Numbered from the stretch's first letter, positions 30,914 to 39,997 are shown. The stretch is 64,000 nucleotides of DNA from Candidatus Hopanoidivoransaceae bacterium (GCA_965204495.1 OZ241989.1:2342605-2406604), one strand, 5' to 3'. The notes: generated from the sequence alone by a model not told the origin. Numbers and translations: made by a program.

Positions 30914-31219
30914 ATGAAAGAGAAGAGACAACAAGAAAATAAAGAAATAATGACAGATAAGAATAGAAAATGGAGTGACAGGAGACACTGGCCCGGAACA
31001 ATCCGCTGTCTTGGTCCAGATAGGCAGCACGGAAGGCTTGTGTATCTGTGTTTAGGGCCATATGGATATTTCGTGTCCAGCCGAAAGTCCTATGGACGAC
31101 TAACCAATAGGACTGCTTCATTGAAGCTAGCTGGAATCCGTCATTCCCAAATAACGCTCGACCTCGCGATCGACCTTATGGATGAGATTGACAAACGCTA
31201 TTTTAGAAATACTAAATAA
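30914..31219 (+). CDS. Hypothetical small basic protein (AT-rich)
   Basis: 101-aa ORF with a good SD (AAAGGAG, 7 nt before the ATG). The composition is AT-rich relative to the neighbours. No motif recognised. Confidence 0.4.
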   Translation: MKEKRQQENKEIMTDKNRKWSDRRHWPGTIRCLGPDRQHGRLVYLCLGPYGYFVSSRKSYGRLTNRTASLKLAGIRHSQITLDLAIDLMDEIDKRYFRNTK

Positions 31220-31264
31220 TACGCGAAGAAGAGCTATTGCCTAAAGGCTTATAGCAACCAAACT

Positions 31265-31290
31265 GGGCGGGCTAACCTTCTAGCCCGCCC
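31265..31290. terminator. GC-rich hairpin between convergent genes
   Basis: gggcgggct (31265-31273), loop aaccttct, agcccgccc (31282-31290): a perfect 9-bp stem. There is no clear U-tract, so the intrinsic-terminator call is tentative. Confidence 0.45.
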
Positions 31291-31344
31291 CACAAAATAT
31301 TCACATCAATGCGCTACCCTCCCAATAGAGAACTCGAGCTAGCC

Positions 31345-32205
31345 TTAACTGCTGGCTTCTTCTTGGGAGGCTGTTACGCTTTTGACGAAGGGGTCTAGGA
31401 GTTTGGTGAACTCCATGGGGAAGATGTATTTGGTGGATGCGCCTTCGCCGATTTTTTGGAGGGTGTCGAAATACTGCAGGCTCATCGTGTTGACATCCAC
31501 ATTTTGCGCTACGCCGTAGATGGTGTTCAGCGCTGTGCTGTAGCCTTCGGCTCGGAGGATGGCGGCTTGCTGGTCGCCTTCGGCAGACAGGATTTCTGAC
31601 TGCCGCAGACCTTCGGCTTGCAGGATGGCTGCTTGCTTGTCGCCTTCTGCAACTGTGATGGCAGCCTGCTTCGTTCCTTCGGCTTCCAGCACGGCCGCAC
31701 GGCGCACACGCTCGGCCGACATCTGCCGGTTCATCGCCTCTTGGATTTCTCTGGGCGGCTCGACTTCCCGGATTTCCACTTGGGTTACCTTGATGCCCCA
31801 GCGCACCGTCACCTCGTCTAGCTTCACGCGCAGCTCTTCGTTGACCCGCTCTCGCTGGGAGAGCACATCGTCTAGCATCATCTCGCCGATGACGGCTCGC
31901 AGGGTTGTGGTGGCGATGCCCACGACTGCCCTGCGGTAATTCACGACCTCCAGCACCGACTTGTCCGCTTGCTCGGACATGACCCTCATATAGACGAGGA
32001 AGTCAATGTCAAGGGGGGCGTTGTCGCTGGTGATGTTGGTCTGGCGAGGGATGTTGATGACCTCCTCGCGCAGGTCGATCGTGATGGTGCGATGGAACGG
32101 CCAGATGAAGAACCGCAAGCCTGCGTCCTTCAGCCCTACGAATTTGCCGAGCCAGAAAACTCCTAGAAGCTCATATTGCTGGACGACTCTGAAATACGGG
32201 ATCAT
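31345..32205 (-). CDS. SPFH/band-7 (stomatin/slipin-like) protein
   Basis: 286 aa. It has an N-terminal hydrophobic hairpin, an SPFH core (...IDLREEVINIPRQTNITSDNAPLDIDFLVYMRV...), and a coiled-coil with AEG repeats (EAEGTKQAAITVAEGDKQAAILQAEG). Lies downstream of NfeD. Confidence 0.9.
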   Translation of the reverse strand: MIPYFRVVQQYELLGVFWLGKFVGLKDAGLRFFIWPFHRTITIDLREEVINIPRQTNITSDNAPLDIDFLVYMRVMSEQADKSVLEVVNYRRAVVGIATTTLRAVIGEMMLDDVLSQRERVNEELRVKLDEVTVRWGIKVTQVEIREVEPPREIQEAMNRQMSAERVRRAAVLEAEGTKQAAITVAEGDKQAAILQAEGLRQSEILSAEGDQQAAILRAEGYSTALNTIYGVAQNVDVNTMSLQYFDTLQKIGEGASTKYIFPMEFTKLLDPFVKSVTASQEEASS

Positions 32206-32360
32206 TTTGCTATCTCCTTTTTATGTGATTTCTTGCTTGGTTTTTATTTGACGCTGGCTTCTGGGGTGGCTTCTGGTTGATTGCTAGAGTTTGCCTTGTG
32301 CTGTGCTGACTTATGTGGTGTTGCCGTCTTGTAAGTGTTTGCTCAAGTTTAGCTGTGGAT

Positions 32361-33848
32361 TCAGGCTGGAGTTTCGGCGTGCGCTTCTGCGGCTTCTGTT
32401 CGCTCCATCTCTTCGGCGTTTTCAGAATCTTCTTCGGCTTCTTCTGGAGCTTTTGAAACCTTCACGGTGAACCCCTCTATTTCTTCCACGAGAACACTCT
32501 CACCCTTGCTTATAGGCTGGGCGGCTTCTGCGCTCCAGTCTTCGTCTGCCACATGAACCGATCCCACCTCGCCTGGCACAAGATCACTTGCGGCTTTGCC
32601 TATCTTGCCCACGATTTCTGAAGTCGTTGAGGGCATGACATAGCGCGGTGCTTGCTTTGCTTCTCGCATGAACCAGAATGTGGCGGCAAGGCAGCCAAAC
32701 AGCACGGCCGAGACGCCGATGAACGCTGCCGTGTTTATCTCGGTCGTGCCGCCGCCCGGCAACGATCTCTCGCCAGATGTGATGCCGCCGAACAGCAGCA
32801 GCCCCCCGAAAACAAAACTGACGGCTCCTCCGAAGCCGAACAGCCCGAACCCCGGTGCTTGCGTCTCAAAATAGAACAACGCCATCGCCAGCAGGATCAG
32901 CCCCAGCCCTAGCCAGTTGGCTGGCAGATTCACGAGCGCGAGAATGGCGATGCCAAGAGCTACGAAGCCGATGATGGCGGGAATGAACAAGCCTGGATTC
33001 CATAGCTCAACGATGATGCCTGCCCCGCCTACCGCCAGCAGCAAGAAAGCCAAAGTCGGGCTGGCGATGAAATCCACGAAACGCTCAAAGAAGTTTGGGC
33101 TGATTTCATAGGTGGCGATGCCGTCCGTTTCCAACACGACGGTTTGCCCAGTGTTTAGGGTTACGCTCATGCCGTCCAGCTTGATGAGCAAGTCTGTAAT
33201 GTTGTCGGCTGTGATGTCTATGATGCCGATATCCAAAGCACCTTGATGGCTGAAAGCGGAAGCATCTCTGACGGTCTCAGCCAAAGCTTCAGGGTTGCGC
33301 ACCTGGCTGCCCGCCAAGCTGTTGCGCTCTTCGGCGATGCTTTGCATGAAGGCCACTGCGTCTTCGGTGACTTTGGCTTTGAGGGTGGTGTCCAGATCGC
33401 GCCCGTCAAAGCGCACTGGCGAAGCGGCCCCGATGGATGTGGCGGGAGACATGACGGCCACATGAGCCGCAGCTGCCACAAAAGTGCCGGCAGAAGCAGC
33501 CTGCGCTCCGGAAGGCGAAACGAACACGACCACAGGGATTTCTGACTCAAAAATCTCGCGCACGATATCTCGCGTGGCATCTAGGCTGCCGCCCGGGGTG
33601 TCCATGCGAATGATGAGAAACTGTGCTCCGTCATCGGCGGCATCGTCAATCCCCCGCCCCAAAAAGTTGGCGACAACGGAATCTATGCTGCTGTCCAAGT
33701 CAATGATGGCTGCTCTGCCCGATGCGCTGCCAGATGTTCCGCCTCCTGAATCGCCTTCAGATTGGGCACTCAGCGGGTTGAAGCTCGCCAGCAGGCTGGC
33801 AATGCCCAAAAGCAGCAGGACTATCGCCGCAAACAGTTTCTTGTTCAT
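32361..33848 (-). CDS. NfeD-family membrane-bound ClpP-class serine protease
   Basis: 495 aa. Signal peptide MNKKLFAAIVLLLLGIASLLA, ClpP-like LIIRMDTPGGSLDATRDIV...SPSGAQAASAGTF, several TM helices, and a C-terminal OB-like tail (GSVHVADEDWSAEA...VLVEEIEGFTVKV). This is the classical NfeD-stomatin operon arrangement. Confidence 0.85.
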   Translation of the reverse strand: MNKKLFAAIVLLLLGIASLLASFNPLSAQSEGDSGGGTSGSASGRAAIIDLDSSIDSVVANFLGRGIDDAADDGAQFLIIRMDTPGGSLDATRDIVREIFESEIPVVVFVSPSGAQAASAGTFVAAAAHVAVMSPATSIGAASPVRFDGRDLDTTLKAKVTEDAVAFMQSIAEERNSLAGSQVRNPEALAETVRDASAFSHQGALDIGIIDITADNITDLLIKLDGMSVTLNTGQTVVLETDGIATYEISPNFFERFVDFIASPTLAFLLLAVGGAGIIVELWNPGLFIPAIIGFVALGIAILALVNLPANWLGLGLILLAMALFYFETQAPGFGLFGFGGAVSFVFGGLLLFGGITSGERSLPGGGTTEINTAAFIGVSAVLFGCLAATFWFMREAKQAPRYVMPSTTSEIVGKIGKAASDLVPGEVGSVHVADEDWSAEAAQPISKGESVLVEEIEGFTVKVSKAPEEAEEDSENAEEMERTEAAEAHAETPA

Positions 33849-34034
33849 ATTCTCATTATCGCACAGGGTGTGACGCGTATTCTATTGTGGGCATGGCTTT
33901 GGGCTTTTCTGAACAAGTGAGTGCTAGGAGCAAGGCGGGCAACGGCGCATCTTTTTATGCTCAGACAAGAGAACTCGCCTAAAAAAGACACGCCGTCCCC
34001 CGCCTCACCTTGGAACTCATCAGACAAGGTTCGC

Positions 34035-34817
34035 TCAGATCCAACCTGAACCAGCCCCCCGCACCATTCCGAACGGGCCGGACGGCCAGCGGAAGCAGTC
34101 CATCATTATCTGGTCTACCTGCTCGTGGGTGGCGACACCTTCTGAAACCACTCTCTGAGCCTCTTGGATCATGGCGAAATACACCCGATTGGAGACATAC
34201 CCCCAAGCGTTCGCCACATCCTTCACGACCACTGGATTCTTGCCAGCCTGCTGTGCCAGACGGGTGACCGTCTCCACAGTCTCATCGCTGGTGGCATCGC
34301 AGCGGACTATCTCGGCCAGTTTCATCACAGGCGCAGGCGATGCCCAATGCCACCCCACCACCTTGTCGGGTCGGTCGGTGGCGGCGGCCAGAGCCTGAAT
34401 GGGATATCCGCTGGAGTTGGAAGCCAAAATCGTGTGCGGCGGGCATTCTGCGTCTAGCTCGCGAAAAATCCTCACCTTCAAGTCCAACCGCTCTGGCACA
34501 GCCTCAATCATCAAATCAGCATCCGCCGCCGCTGCTGCCCTGTCTTGCGAGAAACCCAGCCGACCGAGCGCAGCATCAGCCTCCTCAGCCGACACCTTCC
34601 CCCGCTCCACAGCCCCCCGCACCCCGAACCGCCCATCCTCCACATCCTCCCGAGACTTCTCCAACACCCCAGCATCAATGTCGCAAGCCACCACCCCGCA
34701 CCCCGCCAAAGCCATAACCTGCGCAATCCCCGCCCCCATAACCCCCGCCCCCACCACCACGACTTTCCCCACAGGCTTCCCCTCCACCTCCCCCGCCGCA
34801 TCGCTCGCTTCGTTCAT
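34035..34817 (-). CDS. 3-hydroxyacyl-CoA (3-hydroxybutyryl-CoA) dehydrogenase family protein
   Basis: 260 aa. VVVVGAGVMGAGIAQVMALAG is a Rossmann motif. IEAVPERLDLKVRIFRELD...ILASNSSGYPI is typical of the family. Confidence 0.8.
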   Translation of the reverse strand: MNEASDAAGEVEGKPVGKVVVVGAGVMGAGIAQVMALAGCGVVACDIDAGVLEKSREDVEDGRFGVRGAVERGKVSAEEADAALGRLGFSQDRAAAAADADLMIEAVPERLDLKVRIFRELDAECPPHTILASNSSGYPIQALAAATDRPDKVVGWHWASPAPVMKLAEIVRCDATSDETVETVTRLAQQAGKNPVVVKDVANAWGYVSNRVYFAMIQEAQRVVSEGVATHEQVDQIMMDCFRWPSGPFGMVRGAGSGWI

Positions 34818-34821
34818 ACCA

Positions 34822-35250
34822 CTAGTTTACCACATAGGCCCGAGCCGCATCCAGAATCAGCCCTGCCGAGACAAGAGCTTTTTCGGCTCTCGCCTCTGAG
34901 TATTTGTCGGCGGGCATCTCAATTTTGTCCTTCTCTTTCAATTTTGGATATCTGACATATTCGTTGTAATCGCTGAAGTTTTGGACTTCTCCAGAGATGC
35001 CAAGTGAATCAGATTCAGTGACCCTATTGTAGAGCGCTGAAATACGATGTGACTTGTATTCGTTTTCAGACAGACTGCGGCCAACTGCTTTCTTGAAAAT
35101 TGCCGCCTTTACCGCATTCTCAGCAACTCCCCATGCCAACTCGCAGGCAACAGGATAATTCTCCTTGTCGAACACTGCCCTGCAAGCATCTAGCTTGAGT
35201 TCAGCCGTCTGAAGCCATGCTCCTGGAAAACTAGGCGGAACAGTCGTCAC
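34822..35250 (-). CDS. HEPN-domain protein, module A
   Basis: 142 aa. Four-helix HEPN pattern: ...YPVACELAWGVAENAVKAAIF...YKSHRISALY...YVRYP...ARAEKALVSAGLILDAARAYV. ATGA start/stop overlap with the upstream MNT-like gene. Confidence 0.75.
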   Translation of the reverse strand: MTTVPPSFPGAWLQTAELKLDACRAVFDKENYPVACELAWGVAENAVKAAIFKKAVGRSLSENEYKSHRISALYNRVTESDSLGISGEVQNFSDYNEYVRYPKLKEKDKIEMPADKYSEARAEKALVSAGLILDAARAYVVN

Positions 35251-35672
35251 AGAGATATCACTTTCCAGTCTTCGTATCTGGAATATGCGAAGTCGTCCAG
35301 ACTCGACTCAGGCAGGATCGAATCTGTCTCCCATAGGTGAATTTGGATATACAGCTTGTGATTCCCCAAAATCTCACGAGAGATTTCATAGAACTCGTCA
35401 AATTCCCTGTCGGAGAACACAACAAGCCCCAACTCATCTGTCAAGCGGGCATCGCCCCACTTGGAAGCACGGACGAACTCTCCTTCTAACATCGCCCTTG
35501 TCACCCCCAGTGCCCGCAGCTTGGGAGCCACCCACTCCTCAATCTCCGCCAGGCTGGGAACACACTCGCCGACAGGCGCGCAGGTCTTCACACCCTGCGC
35601 AGTCTGAGTAGGCACAGACGCGCCTTGCTCGGTCACAGCGGTTGAGGCGGTCATTGCAGTCTGCGAGGCCAT
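35247..35672 (-). CDS. MNT-like (minimal nucleotidyltransferase-like) partner, module A
   Basis: 141 aa, immediately upstream of and overlapping the HEPN gene. ...FVRASKWGDARLTDELGLVVFSD resembles a degenerate GSxxRG...SDxDLxV. Leader type a: MASQTAMTASTAVTEQG..GVKTCAPVGECVPSL. Confidence 0.55.
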   Translation of the reverse strand: MASQTAMTASTAVTEQGASVPTQTAQGVKTCAPVGECVPSLAEIEEWVAPKLRALGVTRAMLEGEFVRASKWGDARLTDELGLVVFSDREFDEFYEISREILGNHKLYIQIHLWETDSILPESSLDDFAYSRYEDWKVISL

Positions 35673-35767
35673 GTCCTAATCCTAGCAGGCACGGCTGCAC
35701 GAGGAGAGGCAACTCTTTCGGACATTTTTAGGCAGCAGGCGGGCAAGCACTGCTGGACGCCGAGTAG

Positions 35768-35835
35768 CAGGCTGGACGCGCACTCATCGGCAGGCGCGCA
35801 TGCCTTCACACTCTGTGCGGTCTGAGTAGGCACAG
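35768..35835 (-). pseudogene. 5' remnant of an MNT-like gene (type-a leader)
   Basis: The reverse strand encodes VPTQTAQSVKACAPADECASSL, a degenerate copy of VPTQTAQGVKTCAPVGECVPSL. It ends at the GECVPSL breakpoint. Confidence 0.55.
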
Positions 35836-35893
35836 CCAAGCCAATCTAGGTAAAAGCTTGAAGCTGCTTGACTGCTGCGCCAATTGCGACCAC

Positions 35894-36325
35894 CTAGGCG
35901 ACATAAGCTCTGGCGGCATCCAGAATCAGTCCTGCCGAGACAAGAGCTTTCTCGGCTCTGGTCTCTGTGTATTTGTCGGCGGGCATTTCAATTTTGCCAG
36001 TTCTCTTCCATTCGGGATACCTGATGTTCTCGTCATAGTCGCCGAACTCTTGCACAGATTGGAATATGTTCAATGAGTCTTCAGCCTCATCAGACACCTT
36101 CTCATAGAGCTTCCTAATATTGTGATGCTTGTACTCCCTCTCCTGCATCTCGGCGGCACCTGCGTTATGGAATATTGTCGCTTTGACAGCGTTCTCTGCA
36201 GCTCCCCATGCCAGCTCGCAGGCAACCGGGAAGTTTTCTGAGATCAAAACCACTCTTGAAGCATCAAGGGTGTACTCGGCAATTTCCAACCACGCATCCG
36301 GCAAATCAATGGGGAGACTTCTCAT
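35894..36325 (-). CDS. HEPN-domain protein, module B
   Basis: The ORF track starts at 36343. ATG 36325 gives the same ATGA overlap with the MNT stop as in the other modules. The sequence reads MRSLPIDLPDAWLEIAEYTLDAS...YKHHNIRKLY...IRYP...ALVSAGLILDAARAYVA. Confidence 0.75.
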   Translation of the reverse strand: MRSLPIDLPDAWLEIAEYTLDASRVVLISENFPVACELAWGAAENAVKATIFHNAGAAEMQEREYKHHNIRKLYEKVSDEAEDSLNIFQSVQEFGDYDENIRYPEWKRTGKIEMPADKYTETRAEKALVSAGLILDAARAYVA

Positions 36326-36735
36326 ATTGCGAGCACCTTCCAATCCTCAAACCGAGGAAAAGCGAACTCATCCAAAGTCTCCTCTGGTGCGATGAAATCA
36401 CTCTCGTATAGACGAACCGGGATAAATATGCCGAACTCTTTCGAGGTAGCGTAGCTGATGTCCGTGAAATCGTTGTGCTCCCTGTCGGAGATGACCACCA
36501 GCAAGAGATCGTCCGAGAGGCGAGCATCGCCCCACTTGGAAGCACGCACGAACACCCCAGCCAACATCGCCTGAGTCACCCCCAGCTCCCGCAACATAGG
36601 CACCACAAACTCCTCAATCTCCACCAGGCTGGGAACGCACTCGCCCACAGTGTCGTAGGACGAGATGCCATTGGCATCTGAAGTCAAGACATACTTCTCT
36701 TGGAATTCAGTCGTCTGAGCGGTCATGTCACCCAC
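36322..36735 (-). CDS. MNT-like partner, module B
   Basis: 137 aa. Leader type b: MGDMTAQTTEFQEKYVLTSDANGISSYDTVGECVPSLVEIEEFV. Core FVRASKWGDARLSDDLLLVVISD. Confidence 0.55.
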   Translation of the reverse strand: MGDMTAQTTEFQEKYVLTSDANGISSYDTVGECVPSLVEIEEFVVPMLRELGVTQAMLAGVFVRASKWGDARLSDDLLLVVISDREHNDFTDISYATSKEFGIFIPVRLYESDFIAPEETLDEFAFPRFEDWKVLAI

Positions 36736-36857
36736 TCTAGCAGGCGAGGCTGCACGAGAGAAGACAGCTTTTTACAGGGACTTTCGGCAGCAGGCTGGCA
36801 AGCCCTGCTGGACGCTGGGTAGAAGCAGTATCAGCAGCACCGTGATAAGATGCAGGT

Positions 36858-37220
36858 ATGGCAACCGCAGTCAGTTCACTTGAGATCATCGGCGTGGATG
36901 AAATAGCAATTCGTCTAGCCCCTGTGCTAGAGGATTTGAACGCAGAGACTGCTTTCATAGGCGGCCCCTATGTGCGTGCATTGCGAAACAAGGATCCTCG
37001 TGAAGACGATGAGCTGGTAGTCCTTGTCGTGGCAGTTATCTCGGGCAGCTCCCTTGAACGCTCAAAAGCCATAAGACCTGCTGTGAAAGAAGCACTTGTG
37101 GGCACAAGCCTCCATCCGAGCATTGTGGCTATCACTCCAGACGAAGCGCAACAAGCTGGCGGAGCAGAAAAAGTAGCCTCTAATGTGCTAGTCGATTGGG
37201 AGCGAATTCATGGCGGCTGA
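36858..37220 (+). CDS. MNT-like partner, module C (different subtype, plus strand)
   Basis: 120 aa. AFIGGPYVRALRNKDPREDDELVVLVVA is NTase-like (GG...R...D(D/E)). It overlaps the downstream HEPN gene by 11 nt and is near-identical to 46432..46794. Confidence 0.55.
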   Translation: MATAVSSLEIIGVDEIAIRLAPVLEDLNAETAFIGGPYVRALRNKDPREDDELVVLVVAVISGSSLERSKAIRPAVKEALVGTSLHPSIVAITPDEAQQAGGAEKVASNVLVDWERIHGG

Positions 37221-37686
37221 TGCCAACCCAACCATGACTGAGTATTTTTTGGAGCGTTCTCAAAGAGCACTGGAGTTTGCAAAATATGCCTTCCAAGGTG
37301 CTTACTACCCAGAATGCTGTCAAAATGCCCATTTCTCGGCCGAACTCTCTATCAAAGCTCTGAGATTCCACTCAGGTGACCAGCACTCAGAAATCATACG
37401 CTCCCACAATATTCCCAGGTTGTATGAAGTTTTGCTGCAACGCTTGCCCAAATTGAGGCTTTTGCTCGACATAGCAAGGCATATAGATGTCTTTGAGGAG
37501 TATTCAGAGTATGTGGAATACATTGACCAGACAAAAGTTCCACCCGTTCGCCCCTCAGACAGATACCTGCGGGAAGATGCTGAGGAAGCTGTCAAAGCTG
37601 CCACTGTCATACTAGAAGCAGCAGAAAAAATAGTGCAGACCGTAGAGGCAATTGTGAGGGAAACAACCATTCCAGACACTAGGTAG
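37210..37686 (+). CDS. HEPN-domain protein, module C
   Basis: 158 aa. ...YYPECCQNAHFSAELSIKALRF...IIRSHNIPRLYEVL...YVEY...EDAEEAVKAATVILEAAEKIV fits the HEPN helix pattern. Confidence 0.7.
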   Translation: MAADANPTMTEYFLERSQRALEFAKYAFQGAYYPECCQNAHFSAELSIKALRFHSGDQHSEIIRSHNIPRLYEVLLQRLPKLRLLLDIARHIDVFEEYSEYVEYIDQTKVPPVRPSDRYLREDAEEAVKAATVILEAAEKIVQTVEAIVRETTIPDTR

Positions 37687-37723
37687 AAGCTGAAGACTAC
37701 TCGGCTAAAGCAGCAGCAACCGT

Positions 37724-37783
37724 CTAAGCGACATAAGCCCGAGCCGCGTCCAGAATCAGACCGGGCGGCTGGACTGTCGTCAT
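37724..37783 (-). pseudogene. Internally deleted HEPN gene, module D (19-codon in-frame remnant)
   Basis: The reverse strand reads atgacgacagtccagccgcccggtctgattctggacgcggctcgggcttatgtcgcttag = MTTVQPPGLILDAARAYVA*. This joins the first 8 and last 11 codons of a module-F-type HEPN gene. It keeps the ATGA overlap with MNT-D. Confidence 0.6.
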
Positions 37784-38205
37784 AGATTCAGCACCTTCCA
37801 ATCTGAGTAACGGGAGAATGCGAAGTCGTCCAAGCTCTCCTCTGGCAGGATGGAATCGGTCTCCCATATCTTGATTTTGATATAGACATTCAGAGCGGCA
37901 GCCAATTCGTCTCGGATATGAACCAAGTCTTTGAACTCTTTGTCTGAAAATACGACCAGTCTTAGCTCATCTGAGCGACGGGCATCGCCCCATTTGGAGG
38001 CACGCACGAACTCCCCAGCAAACATCGCCTGAGTCACGCCCAGCTCACGCAGCTTGGGTGCCACCCACTCCTCAATCTCGCCTAAGCTAGGCACACACTC
38101 GCCCACGGTGTCGTAGGACGAGATGCCGTTGGCATCAGAGGTCAAGACATACTTCTCTTGGAATTCAGTCGTCTGAGTGGTCATATCACCCACTCTAGCA
38201 AACAC
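37780..38205 (-). CDS. MNT-like partner, module D (orphan)
   Basis: 141-aa ORF (a likely start further in, at MTTQTTEFQEKY...). ...VGECVPSLGEIEEWV...FVRASKWGDARRSDELRLVVFSD. Its HEPN partner is reduced to a remnant. Confidence 0.55.
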   Translation of the reverse strand: MFARVGDMTTQTTEFQEKYVLTSDANGISSYDTVGECVPSLGEIEEWVAPKLRELGVTQAMFAGEFVRASKWGDARRSDELRLVVFSDKEFKDLVHIRDELAAALNVYIKIKIWETDSILPEESLDDFAFSRYSDWKVLNL

Positions 38206-38393
38206 GGCTGCACAAGAGAAGACAGCTTTTTCGGGAACTTCTAGGCAACAGACGGAAATACTGTGCCAGCCACTCGGGCACTGCCTATGTCATAGGGTGT
38301 GGTATCGGCTGCTGGTCTGTCCGTGCCAACGATCATCTCCAAATGATCCACCGTGTATGTCGCATCGCACCCTTGCTGTTCGGGTCTAGCATG

Positions 38394-38813
38394 TCAGTCG
38401 TCATGCGCTGCTTCTCGGCTGTCGGTGTGCCTATCGTAGTAAGCGGCTCTGTTGTCCGCTCGCTTAGACCATTGCCACCAGATCAGCACCCACATCCACG
38501 ACCAAGCGGCGAAGAACAGCCAAACTGCGTTGCCAGCGATGCCCATTATGGTCGCAACGATTGCCACGACCGCGCTCATACCACATAGAACGCTCAATCC
38601 GATGGTGCCTCTCTCGTCTACTCTAGGGCGCTTTGTTTTCATTTTCTTTCCCGTTTCTCGGTGAGAAATCACGAACTGCTCAATCTCGCCTAAGCTAGGC
38701 ACGCACTCGCCCACGGTGTCGTAGGTCGTTATGCCATTGGCGTCAGAGGTCAAGACATACCTCTCTTGGAATTCAGTCGTGGGAGTGGTCATGTCACTCA
38801 TTCTAGCAGACAC
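38394..38813 (-). CDS. Chimeric ORF: MNT-like 5' module fused to a 2-TM membrane protein
   Basis: 139 aa. The N-terminal ~46 aa (..DMTTPTTEFQERYVLTSDANGITTYDTVGECVPSLGEIEQFV) are MNT leader type b. The rest (..GLSVLCGMSAVVAIVATIMGIAGNAVWLFFAAWSWMWVLIWWQW..) is unrelated and hydrophobic. No HEPN gene lies downstream. Confidence 0.5.
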   Translation of the reverse strand: MSARMSDMTTPTTEFQERYVLTSDANGITTYDTVGECVPSLGEIEQFVISHRETGKKMKTKRPRVDERGTIGLSVLCGMSAVVAIVATIMGIAGNAVWLFFAAWSWMWVLIWWQWSKRADNRAAYYDRHTDSREAAHDD

Positions 38814-38886
38814 GGCTGCACGAGAAGGGCTAGCTTTTCACGGGAACTTTCGTCAGCAGGCGAGAAGCCCTGCTGGATGCCGAGCA

Positions 38887-38953
38887 GCAGGCTGGGCACG
38901 CACTCGCCGACAGGCGCGCATGTCTTCACACCTTGCGCGGTCTGAGTAGGCAT
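38887..38953 (-). pseudogene. 5' remnant of an MNT-like gene (type-a leader)
   Basis: gcaggctgggcacgcactcgccgacaggcgcgcatgtcttcacaccttgcgcggtctgagtaggcat parallels 35768-35835 and the 5' end of 39439..39864. Confidence 0.55.
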
Positions 38954-39013
38954 ATCCACGCCACTCTGGGTAAAAGCTTGAAGCTGCTTGACTACTGCGC
39001 CAATTGCAACCGC

Positions 39014-39442
39014 CTAAGCGACATAAGCCCGAGCCGCATCCAGAATCAGCCCTGCGGAGACAAGAGCTTTTTCGGCTCTCGCTTCTGTGTACTTATCGGC
39101 GGGCATTTTTATCTTGCCTGTGCTTCTCCATTCTGGGTATCTGATGTGCTCATCATAGTCGTTGAATTCTGTAACAGACTCCAGCACCCCAAGTGTGTCT
39201 TGAGTTGTCACCCATTTGTAAAGCATCTCCACATCATGTGTTTTATAATCCAGCATTGGCAACTCGTCGCCCTCTGCTTTATGGAACATTGCCGCTTTCA
39301 CAGCGTTCTCAGCAGATCCCCATGCCAACTCGCAGGCAACTGGATAGTTCTCTGAGCCGAACACCACCTTGGAAGCATCAAGCGTATATGCAGCGATCTC
39401 AACCCAGGCATCTGCCAGCCCGGGCGGCTGGACTGTGGTCAT
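39014..39442 (-). CDS. HEPN-domain protein, module F
   Basis: The ORF track starts at 39526. ATG 39442 (MTTVQPPGLADAWVEIAAY...) gives the ATGA overlap with the MNT-F stop. ...YKTHDVEMLY...IRYP...ALVSAGLILDAARAYVA. Confidence 0.75.
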   Translation of the reverse strand: MTTVQPPGLADAWVEIAAYTLDASKVVFGSENYPVACELAWGSAENAVKAAMFHKAEGDELPMLDYKTHDVEMLYKWVTTQDTLGVLESVTEFNDYDEHIRYPEWRSTGKIKMPADKYTEARAEKALVSAGLILDAARAYVA

Positions 39443-39864
39443 AGCTTCAGCACCTTCCAATCTGAGTAACGGGAAAATGCGAAGTCGTTCAAGCTCTCTT
39501 CTGGCAGGATTGAATCGATCTCCCATATCTTGATTTTGATATAAAAATTCAAAGCGGCAGCCAATTCGTCTCGGATATGAACCAAGTCTTTGAACTCCTC
39601 GTCTGAGAATACAACCAGTCTTAGCTCATCTGAGCGACGGGCATCGCCCCACTTGGAGGCACGGACGAACTCTCCCTCCAAAAATGCTCGGGTGATGCCA
39701 TGCTCCTTCAAACGAGGAATCACGAAGCTCTCAATCTCCTGCAGGCTGGGCACGCACTCGCCGACAGGCGCGCATGTCTTCACGCCCTGAGCGGTCGGAG
39801 TAGGCACAGACACGCCTTGCTCGGTCACAGCGGTTGAGGCGGTCATTGCGGTCTGCGAGGCCAT
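39439..39864 (-). CDS. MNT-like partner, module F
   Basis: 141 aa with a type-a leader. FVRASKWGDARRSDELRLVVFSDEEFKDLVHIRDELAAALN; the C-half is nearly identical to module D. Confidence 0.55.
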   Translation of the reverse strand: MASQTAMTASTAVTEQGVSVPTPTAQGVKTCAPVGECVPSLQEIESFVIPRLKEHGITRAFLEGEFVRASKWGDARRSDELRLVVFSDEEFKDLVHIRDELAAALNFYIKIKIWEIDSILPEESLNDFAFSRYSDWKVLKL

Positions 39865-39997
39865 GTCCTAATTCTAGCAGGCATGGCTGCACGGGCTTGG
39901 CAACATTTTACGAGACGACTGAGGTGTTCGTTCTGCAGGGGGAGGCGATCTTTGAAAACTGAAGCAAGGGTGTGAATGAGGGTGTATCGTTATTGAA

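Noticed and set aside
38394-38813. Calling this ORF another MNT-like antitoxin
   Set aside because: Only the first ~46 aa match. The NTase-like core (FVRASKWGDAR..D.L.LVV) is absent, replaced by two hydrophobic helices, and no HEPN partner follows.
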